This document shows, in pieces, positions 50,111 through 60,363 of a stretch of DNA of 64,000 nucleotides. The DNA lies in the sequence record PZ386965.1; one strand, written 5' to 3'. Numbering within the stretch: position 1 is the first letter of the stretch; the number at the start of each line of letters is the position of its first letter. The notes under the pieces were generated by a model. The model saw nothing but the letters and a program-made list of their open reading frames with translations, was not told the DNA's origin and made no database searches. Made by a program: the position numbers and the translations under genes. The DNA comes from a phage.

Positions 50111-50289
50111 AGTTTAATTTCCTTCGCGATTGAACAGAAGATACCACGGTCACAAAGCAGTTCACCAATTTCTGGATATTTGATTGAACGGTACCAAACA
50201 TCCAGGCTTGAAATTCTGGTTATCTGTATTGCATTACCGTTGACAGAATAGTACTGGTCAACCTTAATTTCTTTATCTTCAATTGACAT
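50107..50289 (-). CDS. hypothetical protein, about 60 aa
   Basis: promoter lies inside ORF-track extension; internal Met start. Confidence 0.35.
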   Translation of the reverse strand: MSIEDKEIKVDQYYSVNGNAIQITRISSLDVWYRSIKYPEIGELLCDRGIFCSIAKEIKL

Positions 50290-50456
50290 TTTGTTTTCCT
50301 CTGTGGTAGATGATGCTAATCTTAACATATCTATCGAGGATGTAAACTGTTTTATGAAAATATTTTTGATTTGAGAGGGGCACAAGGAGATAGTGAAGTG
50401 AAGATTCTAATGGATTATATTAGAAATAAGGATAAAGAAGACCAGGCGGCACCTGG

Positions 50457-50779
50457 TCAATCTTCTATGATATCAGAGTCGTATCCTAATGAAATCAAGG
50501 ACTTTTTAAACTCTGCAATATTCTTTTGTTTCTTATCATTTAAAAATATGACAGGATAACGAATATTAAGTGAAGTGAATCCTGCACGTTTAGCAAGAGA
50601 TACGATTAAAGGACGATCATATTCAATCTTACCATTATTAGTGAGGACTTTATAAAATGTATAAGGAGCATTGAGCTCCTTTAAAAGTTTTGTAACGGTA
50701 TAACATCCTGGACAACGTCCAACTTCTTCAGGGATGCCATAGACTTCAATCTTATTCTTTAAGTTCGAGTTTTGTTCCA
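50457..50779 (-). CDS. nrdH: glutaredoxin-like NrdH-type redoxin
   Basis: CPGCY active-site motif; likely GTG start with SD AAGGA; start uncertain. Confidence 0.5.
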
Positions 50780-51063
50780 CGAGAAATAATTCCTTGGTAA
50801 GCCCAATAAGGAGGATTAACAGAATCATCACCAGAATTTTCTTCAGGGAAATAAACCTGGATAACGAAGCCGGATTCATCAAAGGTGAAATAAGTAGTAG
50901 GCAGTTCACCTAACAAATCGGCACGAGCGTTGATTTCTTCGAGGTCTTGTTCACGTCCAGCCCAGAAGCTTGGGTTCAGACTACATTCATAGAAATAATA
51001 GTCATTACCGAACATATCAAACCCCTTCCAACTCTCTACCACGTACTGCTCAAAACTAATCAT
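50752..51063 (-). CDS. hypothetical protein, 103 aa
   Basis: ORF. Confidence 0.45.
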   Translation of the reverse strand: MISFEQYVVESWKGFDMFGNDYYFYECSLNPSFWAGREQDLEEINARADLLGELPTTYFTFDESGFVIQVYFPEENSGDDSVNPPYWAYQGIISRGTKLELKE

Positions 51064-51065
51064 AA

Positions 51066-51281
51066 TTAAGCCTTTTTATCAAGAACAGAATTCAGTTTGT
51101 TAGTAATTTTGTCCAGACGCTCATTGAACTCACTAGAAGATAAGCCCTTTTCTGGAGAAATTAAACTAATCACGAAAAATACACCAGTAAAAGGAATAAG
51201 AAAAATAGCTCCAACTGCCATAAACAAAAAGAACGTTACAGTTGTAAGAAAATCAGCTAAACCTTTACGAAATTTATACAT
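51066..51281 (-). CDS. small membrane protein, 71 aa
   Basis: hydrophobic ORF. Confidence 0.4.
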   Translation of the reverse strand: MYKFRKGLADFLTTVTFFLFMAVGAIFLIPFTGVFFVISLISPEKGLSSSEFNERLDKITNKLNSVLDKKA

Positions 51282-51392
51282 ATTTACCCTTAATTAATTA
51301 ACCAAGCGTTGATAAGCAAACAATATTGCGAATAAAATTCTGGACCAAAATGAAAAATCATATCATTTATAGTGTCCATAATGTAATTCAAT

Positions 51393-51863
51393 TTAATCAT
51401 GTTTCCACACCCCATCGGTATTTGACCAAAGTCGCTGATTATCTGATCCTCGCCACAACTTTTTGGTCGGAAGATTTTTCTCATACTTACCATCAATAAT
51501 AACATCAACATATTTAAGCATTTCTAGTTGTTTAATATCTTCAAACTTATATCCTGTCCACAACCAAATGCTTTTACTGGGATAAAGATTTTTAATAGTT
51601 TGAACCACAGAGTGAATCACATCTCTGTTATCAGGATAGAGAGGGTCACCTCCGGTTATAGTCAATCCTTCTATATAATCATTATTCAAACATTCAATTA
51701 ATTGTTCTAGTGTCTCTCCGGTGAATGGAGCACCATTTCTAGCGTTCCATGTTGATTTATTATAACACCCTTCGCATTTATGCAAACAACCTGTAACGAA
51801 AAGAACGACCCTGCAACCAGGGCCATTAACAAAATCGCAAGGATAAAATCTATCATAATTCAT
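51393..51863 (-). CDS. nrdG: anaerobic ribonucleotide reductase activating protein (radical SAM)
   Basis: 156 aa; CxxxCxxC (CLHKCEGC) near N-terminus. Confidence 0.9.
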   Translation of the reverse strand: MNYDRFYPCDFVNGPGCRVVLFVTGCLHKCEGCYNKSTWNARNGAPFTGETLEQLIECLNNDYIEGLTITGGDPLYPDNRDVIHSVVQTIKNLYPSKSIWLWTGYKFEDIKQLEMLKYVDVIIDGKYEKNLPTKKLWRGSDNQRLWSNTDGVWKHD

Positions 51864-53677
51864 TGGTGTTTAACCCTATGCATGATTTCTTTATTTTTAC
51901 CGAGATTAAATCCGCGTTCGTTCGGATTTCCAAGATAACCGCATGTTCTTCTTATGGTGTTCATCTTTTTAGGATCAGTTTCTCCACAAACTGAACAAAC
52001 AAATCCATTTTCAGTAGGAGTCATTTCATGAGTACTTCCGCATGTAAAACATTTATCCACTGGCATATTAACACCAAAATAATCTAAATGTTGCGCAGCA
52101 TAATCCCAGACAGCCTCAAGTCCCTTTAAATTGTTTTTCATATCTGGAAGTTCAACATAAGAAATGTGACCACCTGTCGCAATGAAATGATACGGCGCTT
52201 CACGAGAAATCTTTTCAAACGGAGTAATATTTTCTTCTACTGAAACATGGAAACTATTAGTGTACCAGCCTTTATCGGTAACATCTTTTACGCTTCCATA
52301 TTTTTCAGTATCAAGTTTACAGAAGCGATAACAAAGGTTTTCAGCAGGAGTAGAATATAAACTAAAAGCAAATCCAGTTCTTTCGGTCCACTGTTTAAGA
52401 TGAGCATTCATTTTAGTTAAAATTTCTTGTCCAATATCACGACCAACAAGAATATTCAATTCATGAATACCAATGTATCCTAAAGACACTGAACTTCTGC
52501 CGTTTTTAAATAACTCAATTATATCGTCATCAGGTTTAAGACGAACCCCGAATGCACCTTCTTGGTAAAGAATAGGAGCAACAGTCGCTTTAACTCCTTT
52601 TAAAGAACTAATTCTACACATCAAGGCTTCAAAACACAGATCCATTCGTTCATTAAATAGCTCAACAAATTTCTGTTCATTGAACTGTGTTCCAATATAA
52701 GAATCTAACGCGATACGAGGAAGATTCAGTGTTACAACACCAAGATTATTACGTCCATCAAGAATTTCATTACCAGTCGAATCTTTCCATACGCTCAAGA
52801 AACTACGGCAACCCATTGGAGAAACAGGAACTGAAGAACCGGTAATAGCTTTATTATTCTTAACAGAAATAATGTCAGGATACATTCTTTTGCTTGCACA
52901 TTCTAACGCAAGTTGTTTAATATCATAGTTTGGATCATCTTTATAAAGATTAACACCTTCTTCAACAAACATAACAAGTTTAGGAAAAATAGGAGTTATT
53001 CCATCACGACCAAGACCTTTAATGCGGTTTTTAAGAATTGCCTTCTGAATCATTCGTTCAGTCCAGTCGGTTCCTGTTCCAAATGTTATAGTAACAAAAG
53101 GAGTTTGCCCGTTTGAACTAAAAAGAGTATTTACTTCATATTCATAAGCTTGGAATGCATCGTATACGTCTTTTTCCGTTTTAGATTGAGCATAATTCAA
53201 CGCATCAGCGATTTGCCATTTTTCTGCATCCTCAATATGTTTTGCATAGGTGCGTTTAACATAGGGAGAAAGTACTTTATCTACATTAGCAAAAGTCGTT
53301 CCGCCGTATTGATGGGAAGCAACTTGTGCAGTAATTTGTGCCATAATTGCAGTAGCAACACCAATCGATTTAGGCGTTTCGATTTGAGCATTGCCTAATT
53401 TAAAACCATTCTCAAGCATCCCCTTTAAATCGACTAAACAGCAATTAGTAAACGGAAGAGCAGGAGAATAATCAATATCATGCATGTGGATAATTCCACT
53501 TTCATGCGCATTCATAATAAAAGACGGGACCGTATTTTTGGCAATGTGCTTAGACACAATACCAGCCATAAGGTCCCGTTGAGTTGGAAAAACACGAGAA
53601 TCTTTATTAGCATTCTCGTTCAAAAGATCTTTATTAGTTTTACGAATTAATCCTTCAATTTCTTTTTCAATTTTCAT
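51860..53677 (-). CDS. nrdD: anaerobic ribonucleoside-triphosphate reductase
   Basis: 605 aa; C-terminal Zn site CFTCGS..CSVCG and glycyl-radical RTCGY motif. Confidence 0.9.
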   Translation of the reverse strand: MKIEKEIEGLIRKTNKDLLNENANKDSRVFPTQRDLMAGIVSKHIAKNTVPSFIMNAHESGIIHMHDIDYSPALPFTNCCLVDLKGMLENGFKLGNAQIETPKSIGVATAIMAQITAQVASHQYGGTTFANVDKVLSPYVKRTYAKHIEDAEKWQIADALNYAQSKTEKDVYDAFQAYEYEVNTLFSSNGQTPFVTITFGTGTDWTERMIQKAILKNRIKGLGRDGITPIFPKLVMFVEEGVNLYKDDPNYDIKQLALECASKRMYPDIISVKNNKAITGSSVPVSPMGCRSFLSVWKDSTGNEILDGRNNLGVVTLNLPRIALDSYIGTQFNEQKFVELFNERMDLCFEALMCRISSLKGVKATVAPILYQEGAFGVRLKPDDDIIELFKNGRSSVSLGYIGIHELNILVGRDIGQEILTKMNAHLKQWTERTGFAFSLYSTPAENLCYRFCKLDTEKYGSVKDVTDKGWYTNSFHVSVEENITPFEKISREAPYHFIATGGHISYVELPDMKNNLKGLEAVWDYAAQHLDYFGVNMPVDKCFTCGSTHEMTPTENGFVCSVCGETDPKKMNTIRRTCGYLGNPNERGFNLGKNKEIMHRVKHQ

Positions 53678-54147
53678 TTTAAACTCTTTCTAAGCTGCTT
53701 TTTGAATGAAGCTATTAATTGTGTTTTAGTATCAGATTCATTATATTCAAATCCTCTTTGAAGCATCTCGGCCATCATTTCCTCTTTACCTAGTCTTGAG
53801 AACTCTTTAGTTTTGTCTGGAACAAAATTAGGATGGATATTATTATCAGAATAATCTTGTTTCAAATAAGCAAGAAGAGCTTCAAGCCATTCTAAGTAGT
53901 CAACGTTTTGACCTTTCAAACCGGAACGGTTGAACTTATGCTTCATTTGACCTTCTGCTGCGTTGCACAGATTACAGAGTAATCCACGAACTCTACCGGC
54001 TTTTGGCCCATTTAATTCGTGGTCATGGTCAAGATGGTTACCTTGAACATCAGGGTCTAATTCACGGTGGCAAATAGGACACTTACCGTTCTGTGCATCA
54101 TAAAATTTTTGTTTTTCTTCTTTATATTTTGCGCCTGATAATAACAT
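53674..54147 (-). CDS. 49: endonuclease VII (Holliday junction resolvase)
   Basis: 157 aa as T4 gp49; CPICHRELD...HLDHDH motif; late promoter upstream. Confidence 0.85.
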   Translation of the reverse strand: MLLSGAKYKEEKQKFYDAQNGKCPICHRELDPDVQGNHLDHDHELNGPKAGRVRGLLCNLCNAAEGQMKHKFNRSGLKGQNVDYLEWLEALLAYLKQDYSDNNIHPNFVPDKTKEFSRLGKEEMMAEMLQRGFEYNESDTKTQLIASFKKQLRKSLK

Positions 54148-54176
54148 GATAAACCCTTACCTTAAATAGATAAGGG

Positions 54177-54184
54177 TATTTATA
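54177..54184 (-). promoter_or_regulatory. late promoter (TATAAATA) for gene 49
   Basis: exact TATAAATA on minus strand about 30 nt upstream of gene 49 ATG. Confidence 0.6.
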
Positions 54185-54186
54185 AT

Positions 54187-54366
54187 TTAGTAAACGTTAT
54201 AAAAGTCTCGATGGAAACGCTTATACTGACGAATCATTCTTTTAGTAGGACGAGTTTCTGAAATAATTGAAGTCCTCATATTTGGATTGTTTGGGGCCCC
54301 AATCATAATAAATTTCCAAGATTTTTGACCGTTTGTTCTTTCGCCAAAAAATAACGCAGTTTTCAT
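54187..54366 (-). CDS. small basic protein, 59 aa (RPTKR...FY family)
   Basis: shares ...TRPTKR..R..KR.HR.FY C-terminus with ORF 54791..54988. Confidence 0.35.
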   Translation of the reverse strand: MKTALFFGERTNGQKSWKFIMIGAPNNPNMRTSIISETRPTKRMIRQYKRFHRDFYNVY

Positions 54367-54375
54367 AATAAGCCC

Positions 54376-54789
54376 TTAACTTAAACGTCTTTCTAAATAT
54401 TCAATGTATTCCGCTGCGGCTTGCATCAGATTGCCTTCATAACCGTCATTATTTTCTTGACCAGCTAATTTAGCTAAAGCATAAGAAATACGTTCACCTT
54501 CGAATTCGCCAAGTCCACCATCACAAACTACTTGGTCAATTTCTTCGAGTTCGTCTATTGAATGGGATTCCCAGAAGCACCAAAGAGAAGTATCACGGTC
54601 ATAGATGCAAAGTTTCTCACCTGTGTTCAACATCACTTCGATAATGCCATGGTCGCCATAACCATCTTCGGTAGTAGTACCAATTACCTTGATGATTGTT
54701 CCTTTCTTTAATTCAGGAAACTTGTCTTGTAGTTCTTCGTCTTCTTTAACAATCTTGAACCATTTACCGCGAGTTTCAGAAATATTCAT
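54376..54789 (-). CDS. hypothetical acidic protein, about 137 aa
   Basis: start at internal Met (MNISETRG). Confidence 0.45.
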   Translation of the reverse strand: MNISETRGKWFKIVKEDEELQDKFPELKKGTIIKVIGTTTEDGYGDHGIIEVMLNTGEKLCIYDRDTSLWCFWESHSIDELEEIDQVVCDGGLGEFEGERISYALAKLAGQENNDGYEGNLMQAAAEYIEYLERRLS

Positions 54790-54790
54790 A

Positions 54791-54988
54791 TCAATATTCT
54801 CTATAAAAGTTACGATGAGAACGTTTAGCTTTGCGAAGCTGACGTTTAGTAGGACGAACTGTAAATGGTTGTCCAGAGAAAAAATTCGGATCGGTTTTAA
54901 TAAGCAAACACCAATCATGCTTGCCATTTTTTAATAAACGGTACAATAATTTAACTTGCATAATAATCTCTTCCCATTTCCATATCAA
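54791..54988 (-). CDS. small basic protein, 65 aa (RPTKR...FY family)
   Basis: paralog of 54187..54366. Confidence 0.35.
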   Translation of the reverse strand: MIWKWEEIIMQVKLLYRLLKNGKHDWCLLIKTDPNFFSGQPFTVRPTKRQLRKAKRSHRNFYREY

Positions 54989-55089
54989 TTAATTCATTTA
55001 TTGAAGGTTCATCATAACATGGTTCTTCGTCGTTGTAAACCGTTTCGACGTCTGGCTCGACAGTCTCCCATCGAGCCGAATACCACGGT

Positions 55090-55446
55090 TTAACCCCGGA
55101 GTTTATTGAGCTCTTCATAATCAATCCAGGATTCTAGCCCTGATGGCAGGTCACATTCAATGTTCCACAGAAGCTCTTCAATGGCTTGCAGGCGATTATA
55201 TTCTTCAACGGTAATGGTAACCATTGGTGCAACCGGTTCTGCCTTTTTAACCATCATATCGTTCATCAGGACGTAAAGGTCATCACGAACGACAGTGTCG
55301 TTCCAACCCCATGATTTGGCTTCGTAAGCTAATGACGAAGGGAGCACATTTAAAACTTCAATAATAGATGGAGATTCAGGACCAAGCTCTGATACACAAA
55401 CTTCGTATGCATCTTGGAAATCTTTAAGATTTAATGAATATGTCAT
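55090..55446 (-). CDS. hypothetical protein, 118 aa
   Basis: ORF. Confidence 0.5.
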   Translation of the reverse strand: MTYSLNLKDFQDAYEVCVSELGPESPSIIEVLNVLPSSLAYEAKSWGWNDTVVRDDLYVLMNDMMVKKAEPVAPMVTITVEEYNRLQAIEELLWNIECDLPSGLESWIDYEELNKLRG

Positions 55447-55464
55447 TTAAAATATTCTCGCAGT

Positions 55465-55761
55465 TTATTGTTCTACCCAGGCACAGGAAACTTCGAAATC
55501 AGGACCACCGTATTCCCAGTGATATTCACCAACAGGAATCCAGTCACCGTGCTCGTTTTCTTCGTAGTCTTCAGGTTCAAGACCAACGAATCGCCATTGA
55601 ACACCTATGATTCGATTACCCATTAATATACGAAATTCACCCCATGGATTATCGATAGCATATTGGATATCGTTCTTAGCACGAGAACACATTTCTTGAT
55701 ATAACAAAGCTTCTAATTCGCCCTGATCATAAGGGCCCGGGAAAGTTAAATCAATACTCAT
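55465..55761 (-). CDS. hypothetical protein, 98 aa
   Basis: ORF. Confidence 0.5.
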   Translation of the reverse strand: MSIDLTFPGPYDQGELEALLYQEMCSRAKNDIQYAIDNPWGEFRILMGNRIIGVQWRFVGLEPEDYEENEHGDWIPVGEYHWEYGGPDFEVSCAWVEQ

Positions 55762-56036
55762 TTAAAATATTCTCGCAGTTGGTCAAATCCACCAATATGA
55801 CTTCCGTCAGGAGCAAATACTTGAGGCATAGTCAATCCAACTTGTGATTCACGTCCAAGCTTAACCAGAAGCTCAGCAATTTTTTCTTCATCGAATACAC
55901 CTTTTTCTGGCATAATGTTGATAAATTCAAACGGCTGTTTCTTAACAGTCAGCAATCGTTTCGCATTATCGCAATAAATGCATTTATGAATAGTAGAGTC
56001 ATACCCGTACACTTTAAACATTATTTTTCCTTTCAT
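55758..56036 (-). CDS. nrdC: thioredoxin/glutaredoxin NrdC
   Basis: MFKVYGYDST..CIYCDNAKRLL active-site region as in T4 NrdC. Confidence 0.8.
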   Translation of the reverse strand: MKGKIMFKVYGYDSTIHKCIYCDNAKRLLTVKKQPFEFINIMPEKGVFDEEKIAELLVKLGRESQVGLTMPQVFAPDGSHIGGFDQLREYFK

Positions 56037-56427
56037 CGATTAAATATGCAACGCCAAATACAATACATGTAATAAAACCTGTGATACAGATAGAAACCAA
56101 CAACACTGTACCAAAGAACCAAATCAAGTTATCTTTAGTAGTTTGTTTGATATCCATCTCACGAATTTCTATAGCTATCGTATCACCTTTATTCAGAAGC
56201 GTATAAAATGACGGTGATACACGCCTGTCAAAAACTCGTCCTTGCTCATCTTTATAGACTGCAATAAATTCTAATTTAGAATATTTTCCTGTAGATTGGC
56301 CTGAGATTAATTCCACTACCTCCACAGGAATTACTTTAGTTTCCATGTAAGTATTCTGGCTGTTCCAAATGAATGGAATAATAGCAAAAACTAAAGCTGC
56401 GATAAAACAACGAAGGCTATATCTCAT
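56014..56427 (-). CDS. membrane protein, 137 aa
   Basis: N- and C-terminal TM segments. Confidence 0.5.
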   Translation of the reverse strand: MRYSLRCFIAALVFAIIPFIWNSQNTYMETKVIPVEVVELISGQSTGKYSKLEFIAVYKDEQGRVFDRRVSPSFYTLLNKGDTIAIEIREMDIKQTTKDNLIWFFGTVLLVSICITGFITCIVFGVAYLIDERKNNV

Positions 56428-56732
56428 TATAATGTTCTCTCAAATTTGTGGAAGCATTTACGGCATTTCAATTTCAAGTTATCAGTGGTCCAGTTAACCA
56501 GTTGGACTTGGATAGTTCCACATTCCGGGCATGGATGTTTTGCTGCCGATTTGGCAGCATTTTCACGTCGTTCAACCATTTTCATTATTTCGTTCCATGC
56601 TGGAGGAACGAACTCTTCTTCACCGTGGATTTTATCTCGCTGAACAAATTCAATCTTTGAACTATCGTCAATAAACTTAACCAAGCCATGATTAGTGCTC
56701 ATATCAATATCCTCTAAAAGACGTAGGTTCAT
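56427..56732 (-). CDS. zinc-ribbon protein, 101 aa
   Basis: C-terminal CPEC...CRKC. Confidence 0.5.
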   Translation of the reverse strand: MNLRLLEDIDMSTNHGLVKFIDDSSKIEFVQRDKIHGEEEFVPPAWNEIMKMVERRENAAKSAAKHPCPECGTIQVQLVNWTTDNLKLKCRKCFHKFERTL

Positions 56733-57673
56733 TATAACACCTCAATGGCATTTCGTAAACCGTCCGCTTTCGCATTCAGAGCTTTTAACGATTTAGTCTG
56801 TTCTTTAATCTGAGCTTCGACTTCTTTCAGACGAGATTTGAGATATTCACGTTCTTCGCTCAGGTTATCAACCTTTTCAACTTTAGGTTCTTTAGGCTTA
56901 TACTCGTTAGGATTCTTCAGTTTAATTCGAATTCGAGAACTGAATAACATTGAACCGTTATCTTCGGTTTCGTCGAACATTTCAACAACATCCATAGTCT
57001 GTAACATCACGCAGAGTTTATAAGACAACGAACGAATAGTTTTGTTGTGCTTATTAATTTCTTCGGCTTTCATGGCACCGAGATTACGTGAGTAGTAATA
57101 AGGAACCTGGATATCAATTGATAATGATGCGTTACCATTACCTGTTGGTTTGAATACTGCAGTAACCCAATCTTTAACATGAACTTTATTTGTACGATCA
57201 TCGCCGCCTGTGAATAATTTACGAGAATGTTTAAAAAGCATATTCACTTGGTTATTGAATTCACAAGCAAATTTATCAGCAAATTTAGTTTCAGGAATGG
57301 TAGATAACCAATCAGCCAAATGAGTCTTTTTAACATCATTAACAATAGTGAATTCAACCAAATCGGTTTTAGATGTCACAGATTTAATAAAGCTCGGTTT
57401 CATAAAGTTTTTAATGTTATCGCGAGCTACAGTAGAAGATAATAAACGAGAACGTTTGAACCATTGAAGCAGCGTCCCTAATGAATGAGAATATGCATTT
57501 TGAGTATCTTTACAGATATGATTTTCTTGGTCCGTGTATGTACCAAAATCTCGAAGAATACCACTTACTACATCTCGGTGTGGAATATCAAATCCTAGTG
57601 CACCAGAAGCGCGCTGAGCATGAACGTTAGCGATAAGACCGGCAAAGTATTCAATGTAATGTGAACGTGTCAT
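56732..57673 (-). CDS. hypothetical protein with C-terminal coiled coil, 313 aa
   Basis: ORF behind CCAAGGATGG-type promoter. Confidence 0.55.
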   Translation of the reverse strand: MTRSHYIEYFAGLIANVHAQRASGALGFDIPHRDVVSGILRDFGTYTDQENHICKDTQNAYSHSLGTLLQWFKRSRLLSSTVARDNIKNFMKPSFIKSVTSKTDLVEFTIVNDVKKTHLADWLSTIPETKFADKFACEFNNQVNMLFKHSRKLFTGGDDRTNKVHVKDWVTAVFKPTGNGNASLSIDIQVPYYYSRNLGAMKAEEINKHNKTIRSLSYKLCVMLQTMDVVEMFDETEDNGSMLFSSRIRIKLKNPNEYKPKEPKVEKVDNLSEEREYLKSRLKEVEAQIKEQTKSLKALNAKADGLRNAIEVL

Positions 57674-57735
57674 AATATTTTCCTCTCGTTAAGATAGAAA
57701 GATTATACTCTAACCATCCTTGGTTGTAAACTGAT

Positions 57736-58695
57736 TTATGATTTTAATGCATTCATTGCGTTAAAAAGTTTAGAGTATTGCAACTGGAGATTGGTCACCA
57801 CCTGTTGAGCATCACGAAGCTTAGCTTGTGCCTTATCAAGTTCAGCAGACAGTTGGTCTACAGTAGCCTTGATTTGATTGTAATAATAATCTTCAGCCGG
57901 AAGAAGGTCATTAGAAACATTTAGTTTTACTGCCGACAGTTTGCACACATTTGGCAAACCTTTAAACATACCAGATTGTGCTGGAGAATATGCACCTAGA
58001 ACCTCTGCATTACCGACTGGTGTTGCTGTAATATTGCCTTCAAACAATGCATTTTCCTTTTTAAGATTTTGATAGTATTCAGAGTCTTTGTGCCACCATG
58101 GTGCAGGAACCTTTTTACCAATAGATACACGAGCTTGGATAGCGATATGGCCCTTATTCTTGATAAGGTCGACAATATTAAGCTCACGAGAATAAATTGC
58201 TTTAATCTGGTGGATATTATCACCTAAAACTTCCAACGCTTGGTGGAATACACGAGCAACGTTATCATTCTTAGGTTTATACGTAAGAGTGAACTCATTC
58301 TCACTGATAACCATGATTTCCAACTTATCGTAAGTATATTTCAAATGTTTCATGTTAATTGCTTGAGGACGAATACGAGAAGCAATGGCCATCAGATTGT
58401 TAAGGTTATTCCGGAACTGCTTAGCGAAATATTGTCCTTCACCGCCAATACAAAAATTACGAAGTTTCTGTTTGGCCAGTAAACGACTGAACTCGCCATT
58501 TTTAATGAACTCTTTAACGGGTGTGTTAGTAACGCATTCAAATTGAGTAAACTTACGAGAATTAATCCCATAATACGAACAGATTTCTTCAATCTCTTCA
58601 GGAGTCTTTACAGGCATACGGATAGGATTAGGTCCTGGGGTATATGCGTTCGAGGTAAATTCTTTGATAAGTTCTCTACGTGTAATAAAAGCCAT
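57736..58695 (-). CDS. hypothetical protein with C-terminal coiled coil, 319 aa
   Basis: ORF behind CCAAGGATGG-type promoter. Confidence 0.55.
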   Translation of the reverse strand: MAFITRRELIKEFTSNAYTPGPNPIRMPVKTPEEIEEICSYYGINSRKFTQFECVTNTPVKEFIKNGEFSRLLAKQKLRNFCIGGEGQYFAKQFRNNLNNLMAIASRIRPQAINMKHLKYTYDKLEIMVISENEFTLTYKPKNDNVARVFHQALEVLGDNIHQIKAIYSRELNIVDLIKNKGHIAIQARVSIGKKVPAPWWHKDSEYYQNLKKENALFEGNITATPVGNAEVLGAYSPAQSGMFKGLPNVCKLSAVKLNVSNDLLPAEDYYYNQIKATVDQLSAELDKAQAKLRDAQQVVTNLQLQYSKLFNAMNALKS

Positions 58696-58750
58696 TTTAT
58701 ATTCCTCATGTTGAAAAATTTATTATACTCCAACCATCCTTGGTTGTACA

Positions 58751-59746
58751 TCATTCCTTAAGAAGTTTTACTACTTGAATAAGATTAGCTCGTTCTGTTT
58801 TATTTTTACCATTTAAGCCTGCTAATCGTGAGATTTCATCGTCAGTCTGTTGAATAGTTACATTAAGTTCGTTAATCAAAGCTTCAAAGTATTTGATTTG
58901 CTCAGCATGTTTTGATTCAAATTTCTGAACCGGAATAACGTCTTGGTTTAGTTCGTCAATAAGGTCTTTAAGAGCATCTTCTTGGTTGATATCGTATTCA
59001 ACTTCTTTTATTTCTTCAACTAGCTCGTCTTTATATCTAACGTCTTTTAGTCCTGGTGCTGGTCCTGAAATCTCTTCTTTAAGAGTACAAACATACCCAA
59101 TACGGTATCCAGTGCCGTCTCGCTTGATATCAACTTCGTCGATAAATCCACAATGTTTGAGACCAGAGCCGATTAGGTCAAAATATCCTTGACGACGTCC
59201 TTCAAACGTTACACGAACTACTAAGACAGTTTTGCCTGCAATCTTTTGAAGCTCACATTTATAAAAGTCAGTTGAACCTGAATAACGTGGATGAGTTTTA
59301 AAGTTCATCTGACGATCTAGGCCCATTTGTAAACGTGCTGTTACGGCCATAAAACGTGTTTGGTTCTCGTTAAGATGAGCAACAATCCATTTCAAAGGCA
59401 TTTTACACTGTTCACGACCGAACAAATCAGTACGTCCTAGATTACGCAGGATGTTGTTAGAGTTAATCATCGACAGAACGTTAAGTTTATTCAGCGCGCT
59501 GAAGATTCCATCAGCCATTGATTTTCCGTAGCCTTTACACGCTTTAATAAGCGCTCGCGGTAGATTAGTATAGATTTCAGACGGCATATGAAAATCAAAT
59601 TTACTAACCAGTAATTGATGAACTTGGATAGCAATTCGTTCATAATTAAGCGCTCTGCGATCATTATGGTCTTTAAACCACACTTTAATCTGTGAAGCAC
59701 ATAAACCGTTAATTTCATGTTTTATCGCATCAGATGTAATGCTCAT
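58751..59746 (-). CDS. hypothetical protein with C-terminal coiled coil, 331 aa
   Basis: ORF behind related promoter. Confidence 0.55.
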   Translation of the reverse strand: MSITSDAIKHEINGLCASQIKVWFKDHNDRRALNYERIAIQVHQLLVSKFDFHMPSEIYTNLPRALIKACKGYGKSMADGIFSALNKLNVLSMINSNNILRNLGRTDLFGREQCKMPLKWIVAHLNENQTRFMAVTARLQMGLDRQMNFKTHPRYSGSTDFYKCELQKIAGKTVLVVRVTFEGRRQGYFDLIGSGLKHCGFIDEVDIKRDGTGYRIGYVCTLKEEISGPAPGLKDVRYKDELVEEIKEVEYDINQEDALKDLIDELNQDVIPVQKFESKHAEQIKYFEALINELNVTIQQTDDEISRLAGLNGKNKTERANLIQVVKLLKE

Positions 59747-59808
59747 AACTATTTCCTCAGATTGAATTGGAACTCAAAACCATTATAACCCGTCCTTGGG
59801 TAAAGCGT

Positions 59809-60336
59809 TTATGCGTGAACCGTCTTTAAACGTTCTTCAAATTTCCGAAGAGTACTAATACGTTCTGCTTTCTGTTTTGTATAGTTTGCAATACGTTCTG
59901 AAGTGAGAGCGTATCGTTCGTTTACTGTTTCTTTCATGAAGTCAGGGATTTCACGAGAAGCTTTAATTTCATCAAACTTGTCGAGTACTGCCTGGTCTTC
60001 AGCGATTAAATTTTCATACATCTCGATATCTTTCTTGATAAACTCGATATCTTCCTGAGTTACTTTGGATAAACGAGATGCTTTATCCTTTTTGTACTGC
60101 TCGTTAGTTTCACGAGACCAGAATAATGTACGTTTTTTGTTAGTGTTTTTGTAGACTTCCACAATTCCAACTGAATCGATGATAACAATCCAATTCCAGC
60201 GAGATTTGAAAATCTGACCTCCATCCACAGTAATCTCGTTACCATAAGCAACGTCATTAAAGAACTTGCTCTGTGCTTCAGATTTAAATTTACCGTCGTT
60301 ATAATTTACCAGGTTGAAAATATCTTTAGCGTTCAT
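59809..60336 (-). CDS. hypothetical protein, 175 aa
   Basis: ORF with promoter upstream. Confidence 0.5.
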   Translation of the reverse strand: MNAKDIFNLVNYNDGKFKSEAQSKFFNDVAYGNEITVDGGQIFKSRWNWIVIIDSVGIVEVYKNTNKKRTLFWSRETNEQYKKDKASRLSKVTQEDIEFIKKDIEMYENLIAEDQAVLDKFDEIKASREIPDFMKETVNERYALTSERIANYTKQKAERISTLRKFEERLKTVHA

Positions 60337-60363
60337 GTTTTACCTCCAGTAGTTGATAGGTCT

